A stretch of DNA of 64,000 bases from NCBI RefSeq assembly GCF_009914755.1, contig NC_060925.1; one strand, written 5' to 3'. Each line of letters begins with the position of its first letter. Positions within the stretch are counted from its first letter, which is position 1. Below are positions 28,001 to 41,901 of this stretch, one piece after another. Below the pieces are notes generated by a model. That model did no database searches. It worked only from the letters and a program-made list of their open reading frames with translations, and was not told where the DNA came from. Source of the DNA: the human T2T-CHM13v2.0 reference genome, Homo sapiens. The translations under genes were made by a program, and so were the position numbers.

Positions 28001-30094
28001 CTTTTTTCCTTCTTTGCTGAATTTCTCAAATTAAACAAGAGTACTTGCATGTTACAGTTGGCAAAAGCTGAATTTTTAACTTATAAGTGGATAATTTGTT
28101 CATTATCATTTGTCCTCCATCCATCTACCAGTCACAGGAATAAAAACTGAGTTCACCTCATTTACCATGACAGGGTATGAATTTTCTCAGCTCTGCGACA
28201 AGTCCCGTATGGAGCCTACGTCTAGGGCACACACCATTTGTTTAATTCTATGCTTCAGTTAGGCCAGAGGATTTTACTTACTTTCTCTGCAATGCCAGAG
28301 GCCTGTCTTTGCTCATCCCTGACCTAGCACCAAGGTTTATCCTGTTACAGATGATCCTGGAGGCTTGGCTTCTATCAGAGCTTCTCCAGAGAAAAATGGA
28401 ACTCAGGGCCTCTCTTCTCACAGTTCCACAAATGGAAAGGAAGATCCTATTGCTCTGAACTTTACTCCTACCCCATACCTTAGTTTCAAGGGTATCAGAG
28501 AAACTCGTATTGATCTCTAGAATCTTTCCAATCCCAACCACTAGTTTTCCTCGACTAGGAGGAGGTTAAACAAATCATTTTTGTCTCACAACTGAATGGT
28601 TGAATATTATATTTCAAATTATCTGACAGAGTTACTCTTTATGGAGAGTAATCTCTAAAACACTGAGTATACTTTCTTCAGCTCCCAAAGTAGAAGGTGT
28701 GCAGGTAGATGTTAGGTATGGAAAAGGAGATCAAGCACGTCCTGTGCGTCACTCACACATATTATATTCTTACAAAGATTAGAAATCAGCAAAGCCACCT
28801 GATGTTTGCCTTTTTTAAAAAAATAAAAATTTAAAATTAAAATCAAAAGCAATCTTTATAAAATTGTAAATAAAATTGACTTGAGTGAGAGTAATCTTTA
28901 GTCTGAAAATTATTTGTATTTTCTCTATAAAATATTGTCTAAATATCTAATAAGGACATTTTTTTCAGATCTTATAAATTCTGCTTGCAAAATTCCATCC
29001 TTCATAATTTGTCCTGATTACATGTACTTTGTTATTATTTATTCTAATGAGAAAAAGTTTATTATCCTTAAAATTTCTTTACACTTTTTGAAGATTATTT
29101 TTGTCATGTCTATTCATTTCACTTGTTAAATAATAGAGGGCAAAGAACAGTAAGGTATAATCACAGTACGTTTAATTTTTTAAAACATTGTATGTTTAAT
29201 TTTTTAAAAGAGAACTATTATGTTCATTAGCTTATTAAACTAGGTTAAGCATAAGTCATGTTACATTACTTAAGTCACGGGATAACATGATTTTTTGTTA
29301 TTTTTTTCAACATAGAAATATGCAATTTAAATTTTATTTCAAGTAAACATTTATCTAGCTATGGACAAAATAATGAAAGAAGAGTTAAAGCAGGTTTCAG
29401 TTATGTTAAATGATTTTACTTAGCTGAAACAAAGATTTCTGTGACCTCTGATATAAGCTTTAGCATTGTAATGCTCAATCCAGTCTAAGTTTTCTTGTTC
29501 ACTAGCAGATTATTAGGAATATATGTCTGTCTGTAATGTAAATTCCTACAAAAAGATATATTTTAATTATATTATTTTTAAAAATTAGTCACACCTTATA
29601 CAAGGCAACTTACTGCTAGTGATATTTCCTTGAATAAACCAAATGAAAAAAATGTGGCATTTATTCTGGTCAGTAAACAGAAATAACATAAACTTATGAA
29701 AACACAGCCTTTTGCTTTTCAGTTTTAGACCTAGTTGCAGTCAATAGCATTATAAATAATACAAACAGAATGTGCAGACGAAATTTTCAAGTTTTCTTAG
29801 TTTCAACTATAATAAAATAGCTAATATTTGACTATTTTGGATCTACTAAAATAGCATCTTCATATGGTTCAGTTTAATAAGTACAATAAAATGGCCACAT
29901 GGTGAAAAGCTAAGCTAAAGGCACTGACTTAACAATAAAACTTGTGAATGGTTTTGTAAATGATCCTTTATCTCATACTTTTATTATGAGGAGGGTGAGT
30001 TTCAAAAAATAATTCAGAATGATGACCTCTGAGTGATGAGTTATAACTCAACTAAAGGACAGAGACATTGTTGTGGACCATTTCTCTCCGTAAA

Positions 30095-30455
30095 GGAAAT
30101 AAACCCACACATATATGACAAACTGATTTCAATAAGAGTTCCAAGAATACACAATAGGGAAAGGATAGTCTTTCACAAAGAGTGATAGGAAAACAAGATA
30201 CCCAAATACAAAAGAATGAAATTAGGCCTTTGTATTACACCATACACTCAAATCAACTCAAAAATGAATTAAAGAATTAAACCCAAGACTTAAGTCTATA
30301 AAACCCCTAAAAGTAAACATAGAGGAAAACCTTCATGACATTAGTTTAAGCAATAATTTCTTGGCTGTGACATGAAAAGCATAAGCCACAAAAGCAAAAA
30401 CAGACAAGACTACATCAAACATAGAGCTTCTGCACAACAAACGAAACAATCAACT
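30095..30455 (+). mobile_element. L1M ORF2 fragment
   Basis: gaaataaacccacacatatatgacaaactgatttc...aaacatagaggaaaaccttcatgacatt. Confidence 0.8.
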
Positions 30456-31256
30456 CTTCCTTTGCTATCCAATAGTTATCTTGGCTTGTTCTGTGAAAAT
30501 GGACCTGAGTTGGGCCCTTTAAACACTGTTGCCAGCTGGCAACGTGAGGTTTATTTTTGTCAGTAGAGAGTTCTACTACAGCAACACCAGAGGCGGAAGA
30601 ATTTGGTTTGCTTCAGTTTGATTATCTTTTTTCCGGGTTCTGTTGTGCTCCCCTTACTAGGCTGCTTTAGCATACAGTTTCTCTAACTGTGGATGCCCCA
30701 GTGTGTGGCTTCCCCAGTTTTCTGCTTCTGCAGTGAACAGCTCCTCCAGGAACAGGCTTCTTCAGCACCCAGTAGCTTCCTCAGACACCCACCTTGGGAA
30801 ACTTTATAGAAGAGTTCCATCAGCAAAGTATCTCATATGAACAGCTTCTGAGGCTTCTCACATTTGACTTTGCAGCAAGTTGCAAAGCACAGCATCTCTC
30901 TGTAGTTAGCTTCCCCAGGTACCCCAGAGAGCAGATTTACAGCAACTTCTGACATTCCAGGCACCACAGCAACTTTTCTGCCATGTAGGAAGCCACGTTG
31001 CTTCACTCCCCAACAAGGCTCTAACTACCTTTTGGGGAGGATCTCTCCATTAGATCCCTTATCTTAACCCTACAAGTAATAGCTACTTATACCTATGAGT
31101 CTATATTCTTAACAGTTCTTTTTATATCTTATTAAAGAAATAAATCTTGTATTCTCCAATTTCTGTTATTATTAAATAATTTTCATACTAAAATTTTCTG
31201 TTCACACTATGGTATGGTTTCTCTCCCATGGTTGGACCCAGACTGATGCTGATACC
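30456..31256 (+). mobile_element. Old ERVL-type LTR (family uncertain)
   Basis: 3' end tggtttctctcccatggttggacccagactgat followed by an ERVL leader-like gaattggtagtggaag. Confidence 0.5.
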
Positions 31257-31960
31257 CAGAATTGGTAGTGGAAGGTGTTCCCACAACTACAATTGCCAGG
31301 ATTGGATTTTGCTGTTGGTTTAATCCTGCTCTTAAACTTGACTTTCTTGCCAAGTTGAAATGAGATGCTTGTAATCTATGGTATGCAGTATCATCATAAT
31401 TAATCAAACTATTATCTGGATTGAGTGTGATAGAGTAAACTAAAGCACACTGCTTTGGGAGCTGGAATGGTTACTGTAATTAAGGTTCATCACAGTAATG
31501 ATGACTATGATGCAAATGAGATTTTGAGCCCATTTTAAGCTTACGGAATAAAAATGACAAGCTCAGAATTTTTCAGAACCAGCTCAAGCCATGTTGTGAG
31601 AACTAGAGAGCTTCTGTGCAGGCTTAAGAGAATAGCTTAGTTTTTGTAGCTATTTGGCTAATGTTGCTGAGAATCAAATGTAAAATTTAGTTCTGCCTGG
31701 CTAAACTACAGCAACAGGTGAAGTCTTAGTCTCAGTGAGTCTCACTTGGGAACATTGGTCATTAGTTGGAAAAAGATGAATCCTGAAACATGTAATGGGG
31801 AAATCTCATTTAATCTAGATGAAACTGACGATTTTGTACTAAAATCACTCTGATTCCCCCTTACTAGTGGAAGTAGCATGCTGTCGTGAGTCTCAGGATC
31901 CTGCTCTTCCTTCAAATCATAGACTTTTAAAATTCTCTGATTAGCAGATATCTAGAAAGG

Positions 31961-32301
31961 TATGATGGCTAGTTTTTGTGTCAACTTGAAGGGTATTTTT
32001 AGATAAGATTTGTATTTTAGTGGATTCTCAGTAAAGCAGATTGCTCTTCATAGTGTGGGTAGGCCTAATCCAATCAGTTCAAAGATTGAACAAAAGACTG
32101 ATCTCCCCTGAACATAAGGTAATTCTGCAGCACACAGCCATTGGACTTAAACTGCATGTGCACTTCTTCCTGGATCTCCAGCCTGCCCACCCAATCTGGA
32201 GATTTTGTACTCTTTCTACAGAAAGGTATAGATATAGGCATAGTTATTGATATTTATATATATCTTCTATTGGTTCCATTTCTCTGAAGAATGCTAATAC
32301 A
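31961..32301 (+). mobile_element. MLT2 (C/D-like) solo LTR
   Basis: tatgatggctagtttttgtgtcaacttg...ctaataca; perfect 5-bp TSD aaagg at 31956-31960 and 32302-32306. Confidence 0.85.
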
Positions 32302-32400
32302 AAAGGGGACACTCAATTTCTTCAAGACCATCAGAGTTACTCCCTGTTTCCTCTTGACTTGACTAATGTCAAATCTCAGCATGCTCCAAGGAGATAAGTA

Positions 32401-35334
32401 CAGTTGACCCTTGAACAACATGAGTTTGAACTGTGAGTCCACTCATATGAGAATTTTTTTCAATAAATATCTTGGAAACATTTTTAGAGATTTGCAACAA
32501 TTTGAAAATACTCATAGATGAACTGTATAACCTATAAATATCAAAAACAATTCAGAAAAACTTAGGTATGGCATAAATAAAAATATATGTAGATGCTAGT
32601 TTATTTTGTCATTTACTACCATAAAATATACACAAGTCTATTATAAAAAGTTGAAATTTATCAAAACTTACACTAAAATATACAGACCATACATGGCGCC
32701 ATTTACAACTGAGAGAAACCTAAAGATGCAGTATTCAATCATAACTACATCTGTAGTAATTTCATAGCCAACTCCTATTGCTATTGTGGTGGGCTCAAAT
32801 GTTGTGGGTACAGGCTTAAAGTGTCATGTGACAATGATCAACTCCTCATGAGTAGTTTGCCTCTCCAAGTAAATTGTGTATCTCGGTAAAAAGTAATCTT
32901 TCCTTGTTCTTGTGCATTTTTCATCATGCTTACTATAATACTGTAAACCTTGAGTGACACCATGAGACCCATATGAAATGCCACTTGTGATGCTGGAAGT
33001 GCTCCCAAGAAGCAGAGAAAAGTCATGACATTAGAAGAAAAAAGTTGAAATGCTTGATATGTACTACAGATTGAGGTCTACAGCTGCAGTTTCCCGCCAT
33101 TTCAAGATAAATGAATCCAGCCTAAGGACCATTGTAAAAGAAGAAAAGGGAATTCACAAAGCCATCACTGCAGCTACTCCAGCAGGAACAAAGTCCTTAC
33201 ACTTTTTGCAAAATATCCTCTTATCTCGTATTGAAAATGCAGCTTTTTTTGTGAGGGAATAAGTCAGATATGCATATTGACTTTTAAAGTCATCACTTAA
33301 AAGGATAGAAATATTGTATATAGTCTTCAAGATAGTATAAGCAAGCAATAAATGCCAGAAAGGAGGAAATAAAAAGTCATAGAAAAAACAAGGTTAATAG
33401 CATTAAATAATATAGTAAAAATAAATTTAGGTATATTAGTAATCACAATAAATGCAAATGGAGAAAATACATGGGTTAAACTTAGGGATTATAATGAATA
33501 ACAGAAGAAAATTAAGTATATGCTTTTTACCATAAATACCACTAAATATAAGGTTTAATTTAAGTATTAGCCAAAGAAAGCTAGAGTAGCTGGATTTATA
33601 ACAAACAAAATGAATCTTGAGATGTTTTAGGAGTTAGAATACTCTCCTTTAGTCAGAATTGCTATTCTTGTTTAGATTTCTACTTGTTCCAGGAGTTAGA
33701 AATTTGTAAATAGAATAAAACCTTGGTCAGTTGGGGAAATGTAGCAAAAGAAACTATGTAGTAGAAATTTCTTTTTATTATTATTATTATACTTTAAGTT
33801 CTGGGATACGTGTGCAGAACGTGCAGGCTTGTTACAGAGGTGTACACGTGTCATGGTGGTTTGCTGCACCCATCAACCTATCATCTACATTAGGTATTTT
33901 TCCTAATGAAAATTCAGCTTTTATTTGATTGCAGGATTGCTACAAGCCCTCAGGTTTATGATCAGGACTGCCCCCATCCCCCCAAGCCCCAAAGGGAAAA
34001 GATAAACATCAGTTGTCAATCTTTTGGTTCTGCAATAAGAATGTCTGAAAAACAAGAACCCTTTTTGGCATTGATTCTGTTGATGCTTAGCCCCTGAAGA
34101 CAAGATGTATCTTGCCAGTGAGGGACTAATTTTAAAGTTATTTTCATATTGAAAAATGCCCCTGACCACCCAGAATCCCAGGAATTCAACACTAAAGGAA
34201 TCAAAGTGGTTTACTTGCCCCCAAACACAGTATCTCTAATTGAACCTCTAGATCAGGGAGTCATAAGGATTTTTAAGGCTCACTACACACAGTACTCTAT
34301 GAAAAAGATTGTCAATGCTATGGAACATAATTCCGATAGAGGGAATGGAACGGTTACACCATTGAAAATGTCATTGTTATAGAGAATGCCACAAATGCCA
34401 TCAAGCCCAAAACAATACATTCCTGCTGGAGTAAACTGTGTTCAAATGCTGTGCATGGCTTCCCGTATTTATGACAAAGCCAATTAAGGATAGTATAAAA
34501 GACACTGTGGATATGGCAAAAAAAAAAAAAAAAAAAAAAAAGATCAGGGGTGAAGGGTTTTAAGATACAAATCTCGGAGAAAGTAGAGAGTTAATAGAGA
34601 CCAGAGTGGCAGAATTAACAGAAGACAACTTGATGAAGATGGGTGCATCTGAGCCAGTGCCAGATGATCAGAAAAAAGAGACAGAAGAAGCAGTGCTAGA
34701 AAATCAATTGCCAGACAATCTGGCAGAAGGATTCGAAGTATTAAAGATTGCTTTTGACTTCTTTTATGACATGGACCCATCTGTGATATGGGCACTGAAA
34801 CTAAAGCAAATGGTGGAAGGATTGGTACTGTATAGAAAGATTGCTAGAGAAATGAAAAACCAAAAAATGTCAGACAGAAATTACCATGTACTTCTATAAA
34901 GTCATACCAAGTGTGCCTGCCTCTCCTGCTCATATTTACACCTCCTCCATCTCTTCTGTCTCTCTACTCCTGAGCCCTCTCTTCCTTCTCCTCCTCAGCC
35001 TACTCAATGTGAAAACTATGAGGATGAAGACCTTTATGATGATCCACTTCCACTTAATGAACAGTTAATATATTTTCTCTTTCTTATAATTTTCTTAATA
35101 TAATTTCCTTTTCTCTAGCTTACTTTATTGTAAGAATACAGTATAATAACACATGTAACATATAAAATATGTGTTAAGCGACTGTTTATGTTATCAGCAA
35201 GGCTTCTGATCAACAGTAGGCTACTAGTAGTTAAATTTTGGAAGAGTCAAAAGTTATAAGTGGATTTTCAACTAAGGGAGGGTGAAAGGAGCTGGGTAAA
35301 GATCCCTAACCCTGAATTGTTCAAGGGTGAACTT
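32401..35334 (+). mobile_element. Tigger2 DNA transposon with decayed pogo/CENP-B-like transposase, middle replaced by foreign DNA
   Basis: TA plus TIR cagttgacccttgaacaa and right TIR ttgttcaagggtgaact; ORF 33050-33262 N-terminal HTH; ORF 34149-34382 NAPDHP...LPPNTVSLIEPLDQGVI (DDE_1). Confidence 0.9.
33767..33908 (-). mobile_element. Very short L1PA (PA8-like) 3' end
   Basis: tatactttaagttctgggatacgtgtgcagaacgtgcagg...cattaggtatttttcctaatg. Confidence 0.85.
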
Positions 35335-35467
35335 TTTACACTAGACTTCTGAAGAAAGGAGCTTAGAAACAAGAAGAATTGCAGGATTTTGCTAATATAT
35401 ATTGACAGAAACCTGGGGAACATGTGTAGTAGTAATTCTAAGGAAATTAACCAAGGAGAGTAGGATA

Positions 35468-36185
35468 CAGCAGGTCCTTAAATAATGCCATTTCATTCAA
35501 TGTCATTTTATTATGTAAATGAGAAAAAATTGATTACCACCTGAGGGCCACTGTTGTGTTGAATGTGAATGTTCTTCCTACATCTGTACGGGTTTTCTCC
35601 CAGTATTCCAGGTTTATCTCACTTCCCACAGATGTGCACATTAGGTGAATTTGTGTGTCTAAATAGTCTCAGTCTAAGTGAGTATAGATATATGTGTGAA
35701 TATGTCCCTCAATGGATGGCATTCTGTCCAGAGTTGGTTCTCACCTTGGGCCCTGAACTGCTGGGATAGGCTCTGACCATCCATGACCCTGAACTGGAAT
35801 AAATGAGTTGGAAAATAAATAAATGAATGAATATAAATAATTGTAAAATAAAAATTCATAAGGTATACAGTAATCATACAGATGCACAACAATGAACAAT
35901 TCTGTAGGAAAGTGCTCAGTGAGCCCACCATATGTTTCATTGTCTTTTTTTAAACTCTGTGGTGGTAGGAGGTGCTCTTTACAATTTTCACTTTGCAAAC
36001 ATTTATTTCTTTACTTAACCCACCATCGTTATGACCACTGTCACTCACTGACTCACCAAAAATTGGGTAAGTATTCTTACTTGTTTTATTAACATTTCTT
36101 TAATGAATGTATAGCTCACATTTGTTTCAATGTTTAAAATTACAAGTATTTTGGTCTTTATTTAGATTTCCACGATGAAAGATGA
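35468..36185 (+). mobile_element. MER6 (TcMar-Tigger non-autonomous element)
   Basis: TA plus cagcaggtccttaaataa start; V-domain-like gttcttcctacatctgtacgggttttctcccagtattccaggttt. Confidence 0.75.
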
Positions 36186-36198
36186 GAGTAAATGAGTA

Positions 36199-36523
<325 letters not shown>

Positions 36524-36759
36524 TCAGACTAACTACTATGATACAGATAACTCACACGGGGTCAGGGAATGAGCTAACAATACATGTGACGTCATCCAGA
36601 AAGCTCTACACACCAAACTGATAGCTGCTAGGATTAGGAAATTTACAGGGGGCATCATACATTCATACAAATACTGTTTATGTAAACTTTCAGCTTTGAT
36701 AAATGTTATTTAAAATTCTTAAATTGATTGTTATAATAAATAATGCATAACCACAAAAA

Positions 36760-37088
36760 TTTTTCTTTCCTTCTTTCTTGTTTTCTTGCTTTCTTTCTTT
36801 CTCTTTCTTTTTTTTTTTTTTTTTTTTTGAGACAAGATCTCTGTCCGTCCCCCAGGCTGGAGTGCAGTGGCGAGACCTCACGGGTTCAAGCAATTCTCAT
36901 GCCTCAGCCTCCCAAGTAGCTGGGACTACTGGCACATGCCACCAGGTCTGGCTAATTTTTACATTTTTAGTAGAGATGGGATTTTACCACGTTGGGCAGG
37001 CTTGTCTTGAACTCTTGGTTTCAAGTGATCCACCAGCCTTGGCCTCACAAAGTGCTGGGATTACAGGCATGAGCCACTGCGCCTGACC
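36760..37088 (-). mobile_element. Older Alu (J/S) with short right-arm deletion and CT-rich tail
   Basis: gagacaagatctctgt...gagccactgcgcctgacc. Confidence 0.9.
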
Positions 37089-37391
37089 ATAAAAATCTTA
37101 TAACATAACATTTATCATATTCACGGCACAAGACAAGGGATGTTTTGCTCTTCAATATACAATACTAAAGAGTAGCCAGATTTTAAATTTAGAGAAAATT
37201 GACTTTTGGTGCTTATTAATGAAGAAATAATCATATTATAAAGTCATGAAGTTTTGACTGCCGTCTCTTTGAAGTCTCACAATTGACCACTGAAATCTCA
37301 ATATTTTAAAAATCTGAACTTTGTGTTCTTCTAGTGTCTTTGCATGTTAGACTTAATGACTGTGATATGAGTTTACAGTATTTAGAAATTT

Positions 37392-37925
37392 CTGGGTATA
37401 TACCCAAAGGACTATAAATCATGCTGCTATAAAGACACATGCACACGTATGTTTATTGTGGCATTATTCACAATAGCAAAGACTTGGAATCAACCCAAAT
37501 ATCCAACAATGATAGACTGGATTAAGAAAATGTGTCACATATACACCATGGAATACTATGCAGCCATAAAAAATGATGAGTTCATGTCCTTTGTAGGGAC
37601 ATGGATGAAATTGGAAATCATCGTTCTCAGTAAACTATCGCAAGAACAAAAAACCAAACACCGCATATTCTCACTCATAGGTGGGAATTGAACAATGAGA
37701 ACACATGGACACAGGAAGGGGAACATCACACTCTGGGGACTGTGGTGGGGTGGGGGGAGCGGGGAGGGATAGCATTGGCAGATATACCTAATGCTAGATG
37801 ACGAGTTAGTGGGTGCAGTGCACCAGCATGGCGCATGTATACATATGTAACTAACCTGCACGTTGTGCACATGTACCCTAAAACTTTATTAAATATAATA
37901 ATAATAATAATAATAAAGAAAAAGA
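37392..37925 (+). mobile_element. 5'-truncated L1PA2-like insertion
   Basis: gctagatgacgagttagtgggtgcag diagnostic (GAG, not the L1HS ACA/ACG); TSD aaatttctg at 37386-37394 and 37926-37934. Confidence 0.9.
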
Positions 37926-38180
37926 AAATTTCTGAAAAGACGCTTTTTTTCCCCTGAGATTTGTCCCAGTGAAAACAACTAAACCCTAATCTATGCCTTG
38001 TTATATGACTGATAATTTCGGTCAATAAGTAACAAATGACATTGTACAGGTGTGTGAAACAAGATGGGCAGCATTGCTCTACCCATTTATAAATGATGTG
38101 TTAATAATCACATGGGCAGCTCTGGAGGCCACATATGAAGAAAGATACAATAAATTTTGGAGAAGTCCAGAGATGGCAGT

Positions 38181-38560
38181 TGTTAAGTACTGAATATTTG
38201 TGTCTCCCCAAAGTTTATACATTGCAATCCTAATTTCCAATGAGACAGTATCTGAGGTAGAGGCTTTGGGATATAATTAGAGTTAGATGAGGCAATAAGG
38301 GTAAGGACCTCATGATGAGATTAGCACCCTTTTAAGAGCAGAAGAGCTTGCTTTCTCTCTACCATATGAAGATACAGGGAGAAGGCAGCCAGACTTGTAT
38401 TCTCACATAGTAGAGAGAAAGGGCAAGTTCTCACGAGAAATTGAATCACTCAGAACATTAATCTTGTACTTCCAAGCCCGCAGAACTGTAAGACACAAAT
38501 TTCTGTTTATGCCACGCTATCTGTGGTATTTTGTTATGGCAACCAAAGCAAACTAATGCA
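38181..38560 (+). mobile_element. MLT1A-type solo LTR
   Basis: tgttaagtactgaatatttgtgtctcccc...gttatggcaaccaaagcaaactaatgca. Confidence 0.85.
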
Positions 38561-39277
38561 GAAGGATATAATTGGACCTTGCTTTTTATGGGTTGAGCCA
38601 CTCTATGTATTTTGCTAAGAGGCTTAATCTATTCACATTCAAGGTAATTATTGATAGGCAAGCACTTACTTTTGCCATTTTATTAATTGATTTCTGGCTG
38701 TTTTGTGCTCTTCATCTCTTGCTGTCTTCCTTTGTGATTTGATGATTTTCTGTAGCAGCATGTTTTGATTCCTGTCCCATTATCTTATGTGTATCTACTA
38801 TAAGCTTTTGCTTTGTGATTACCATAAGGTAATAAAGCCTCCTGTAGTTAGTCTATTTTAAGCTAACAATATAATTTTAATCACATAGAAAGTTATGCAC
38901 TTTTATTCTATTTCCCTCATATTTTATGTTTTTAATGTCACAATTTACATTTTTATATTGTATATTCACTAACAGTTATTTTTAATATTTTGTCTTTTAA
39001 CTTTTAATTACAGTTAAAAGTGATTTACACACTGCCATTACAGTATCAGAGTGTTCAGTATTTGACTATATATTTGCTTTACCAGTGAGCTTTATTTTCT
39101 CATATGTTTTCATGTTAGTAATTGCATCCTTTTGCTTCAGCTTGAAGCGCCCCCTTTAGCATGTCTTGTAAGGAGGTGCAGTGGTGATGAACTTCCTCAA
39201 CTTTTGTTTGCCTGGGAAATTTTTATCTTCAGTTCTGAAGGACAGATTTGCCAGATAAAGTATTTTCGCTTGCTAGT

Positions 39278-39366
39278 CTTCTTCCCCTTCCTCTTCCCCT
39301 TCCCCTTACTCCTCATCCTCCTCCTCTTCCTCTTCTACTTCTTCTTCTCTTCTACTTCTTCTTCTT
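39278..39366. repeat. (CTT/CCT)-rich polypyrimidine tract
   Basis: Directly visible. Confidence 0.8.
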
Positions 39367-39831
39367 TGAATATACCATCCTATTCTTTCCTGACCTACCA
39401 TATTTTTTTTCCATAAAATCAGTTGACAGTCTCTTGGAGGTCCCCTTTTCTGTGAGGAATCTCTTTTCTCATGCTGCTTTCACTATTTTTTTCTTTGTCT
39501 TTGATTTCTGGCAATTTGATGTCGACAGCTGTTGATGAACTCTTTTTTGGATTCAACATTATTGGAGACTTTTTAGGATCATGTACCTGGGTGTCTGTAT
39601 GTATCCCCATAATTGGGGAGATTTATCCATTATTTCTTTAAGTAAGTTTTCTGCTCCTTTTTCTTTTTTCCTTCTACAGATCTATTATGTGAAAATTAGT
39701 TCTCTTGACAGTGTCCCATATATCCCATAGACTTTCTTCATTTTTTTCTCTCCTCTTACTAGATATTTTCTAATGACTTGTTTTCAAGTTCACATATTCC
39801 TTCTCACATTTGCTGCAGATTTTACATATAT

Positions 39832-39867
<36 letters not shown>
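39832..39867. repeat. (GATA)n tetranucleotide STR
   Basis: About nine perfect units. Confidence 0.95.
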
Positions 39868-39963
39868 TATTTTTTTATTTAGCTCATTGTCTTCTTCAGC
39901 TTCAGAGTTTGTTTTCTTTTTATAATTTTTTATTTCTTCATTGAACTTCTTATTTTCCTTATA

Positions 39964-40240
39964 CAGTTGACTCTTGAACAACACAAGTTTGAACCGTATA
40001 GGTCCACTTATACACAGATTTAAAATAAATACAGAGGACTCTTCCTATCCATGGATTCTGACTCCACAACAAATAGTGAATTAAAAATACAGCATTTGTG
40101 GGATGCAAAACCGATGTGTATGGAGTGCTGACTTTTCATATTCCTGAGTTTCACAGGACAAATTGCAGAACATGAGTATGCACAGATTTTTGCATCCACA
40201 AGGAGTCCTGGAACCAGTTTCCCATTGATACCAAGGGGTC
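39964..40240. mobile_element. Tigger-family MITE (MER2B/MER8-like)
   Basis: TA plus cagttgactcttgaacaacac at left; gtcctggaaccagtttcccattgataccaaggg at right. Confidence 0.75.
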
Positions 40241-40453
40241 TCTCTTCATATTGTTTTCTGATATTTTTGATCTTTTAAACCTATATTCTTTTGTAGTTCA
40301 ACTGAGCTTTTCAACAACAATTATTTTGATTTTGTTTGTCGGAAAATTTCTATTTCTTTGGAGTCAGTTACTAGAAATTTATTTTCTTCCTTATTATTTG
40401 GTATTGTCATTTTTTTCTTGTTGTTGGTGTACGTGTTGGTGGTGGAGTGCGTA

Positions 40454-40478
40454 TGTGTGTGTGTGTGTGTGTGTGTGT
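40454..40478. repeat. (TG)n microsatellite
   Basis: Directly visible. Confidence 0.9.
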
Positions 40479-41117
40479 TTCTTGTTGCCTTAAATTAATG
40501 TCTATGTAATGGACAATCACCTCTTCTGGACTTTATCAACTAGTTTTAGTGGAGAAAGACCTTCACCTATGTGTGAATGTAAGGGCTCTCTCTGGCTGTG
40601 TAGGGTGAGATGGTTCCAGCTCTGGTGAGAGCACTGCCTCTATGAAGCTCTGTCAGCTGAGGCCAGCATTAGTTAAGATTGCAGGGGCCCTCAGCAGCTA
40701 GCGTTATGGATGTCTATAAACATAGTAAAGGCTATTGAGGTTTTTTTGGTGAAGCCTGCTGGTGTCCTCCTGTTCTATTTTTTTTTTCTTTTCTTATGGG
40801 AGAGAGAATCTCCCTTGGCATCAGGTCCAGGTCATGTACATGCTCTTGGTGATAGTATGCATGTTCGATGCATGATGCCTGTGGTGTGGCCATGGAGCTG
40901 GAGTGCAGAGCTCAAGTACACACCAAGCTACAGCACCCCTGGAATCTGGATGGAGGCTAGCTTGTTGTAGGGGTGGCTCCAATTACCAAGGTGCAGGTGA
41001 TCACAAAGTGCTGTGTAATTAGGATCTGGAGTGCAGGGCAGTATGGAGCAGAGTGGCTCTAAGGTTCAGGGACTACACAGGATTGGGGAGAGTGGTGATC
41101 CCAGTGGCAATAAATTT

Positions 41118-41901
41118 TTATAACTCTTTATTGCCTAAGTATCCATTTTGACTACAAGTTTAACTTTCTCATACCAGAAGTAGAGTTCTGGCACCATTTA
41201 CAAGAGTCCAGTTCTACATCTCACCCAAATGGCTCAAGTCAGTTGCCAGAGATAAGAAGTTAGAGTCATCTCTCCTGCCTAGCAGATTGGGCTCCTTGCT
41301 TTCCCACTGCTATCCTTTAAATGAACCATTCAGCTATATGCCTTTTAACTTAAAGTGACTCACATCCTGTTTCTTTATTTGTACTGCTAGTTGCCACATG
41401 CATCTCCCTTTCTCTGCCAAACTCTTCCTTGATGACACACAAGATCCGAGGATGAATGATTGCCCTCTTGAACTCATTACACTTTCCTTGCCTAGGATCT
41501 GTAAGTAAAAATCTTTGGATTTATTTTCTGTTCTGGTAGTTACAGAATTTGCACCTTCCATCTGAAGAATTAGAGGCTTCCTCAGGCCCCACTTTCCCTG
41601 GGATGCCAGGGAGAACATGAGATCAAGCTCCCAGCTGCAGCATAGAGCAATGGTCAGACAGTCATAACTGGTCAGGAAACAGACTCAAGGAAGTCTTCCA
41701 GTATAAACAAGTTTCACATGTGAGAGACCCCTATCTGTGGGTGGGACAACTAGCCATTAGGCTGTCTGCCAGGTAAAAGTAGTGTCATGTGAAAATCACA
41801 CCATAAAACACCCATATCCAGCTTCCCTTTATTTCCCATCAGAACAGGGTTATTAGCCTCTTTAGTACTGGAACCCCAATGTAGCTGGGGCTTTAATAAC
41901 A
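41118..41901 (+). mobile_element. ERVL-class solo LTR (MER54-like) inserted in L1
   Basis: cagtataaacaagtttcacatgtgagagaccc...ctggaaccccaatgtagctgggg...aaca resembles the recalled MER54/MER74 group; left edge approximate. Confidence 0.6.

Larger units (their letters stand above)
31257..35465 (+). mobile_element. Old ERVL internal (gag) remnant, split by MLT2 and Tigger2 insertions
   Basis: Pieces at 31257-31960, 32307-32398 and 35335-35465 with ERVL gag-like tracts (atcctgaaacatgtaatgggg, gaattgcaggattttgctaat...cagaaacctggggaacatgtgt). Confidence 0.5.

Noticed and set aside
32401-35334. Domesticated TIGD/CENP-B-like gene
   Set aside because: TIRs present and ORF is fragmented and interrupted; ordinary Tigger2 fossil
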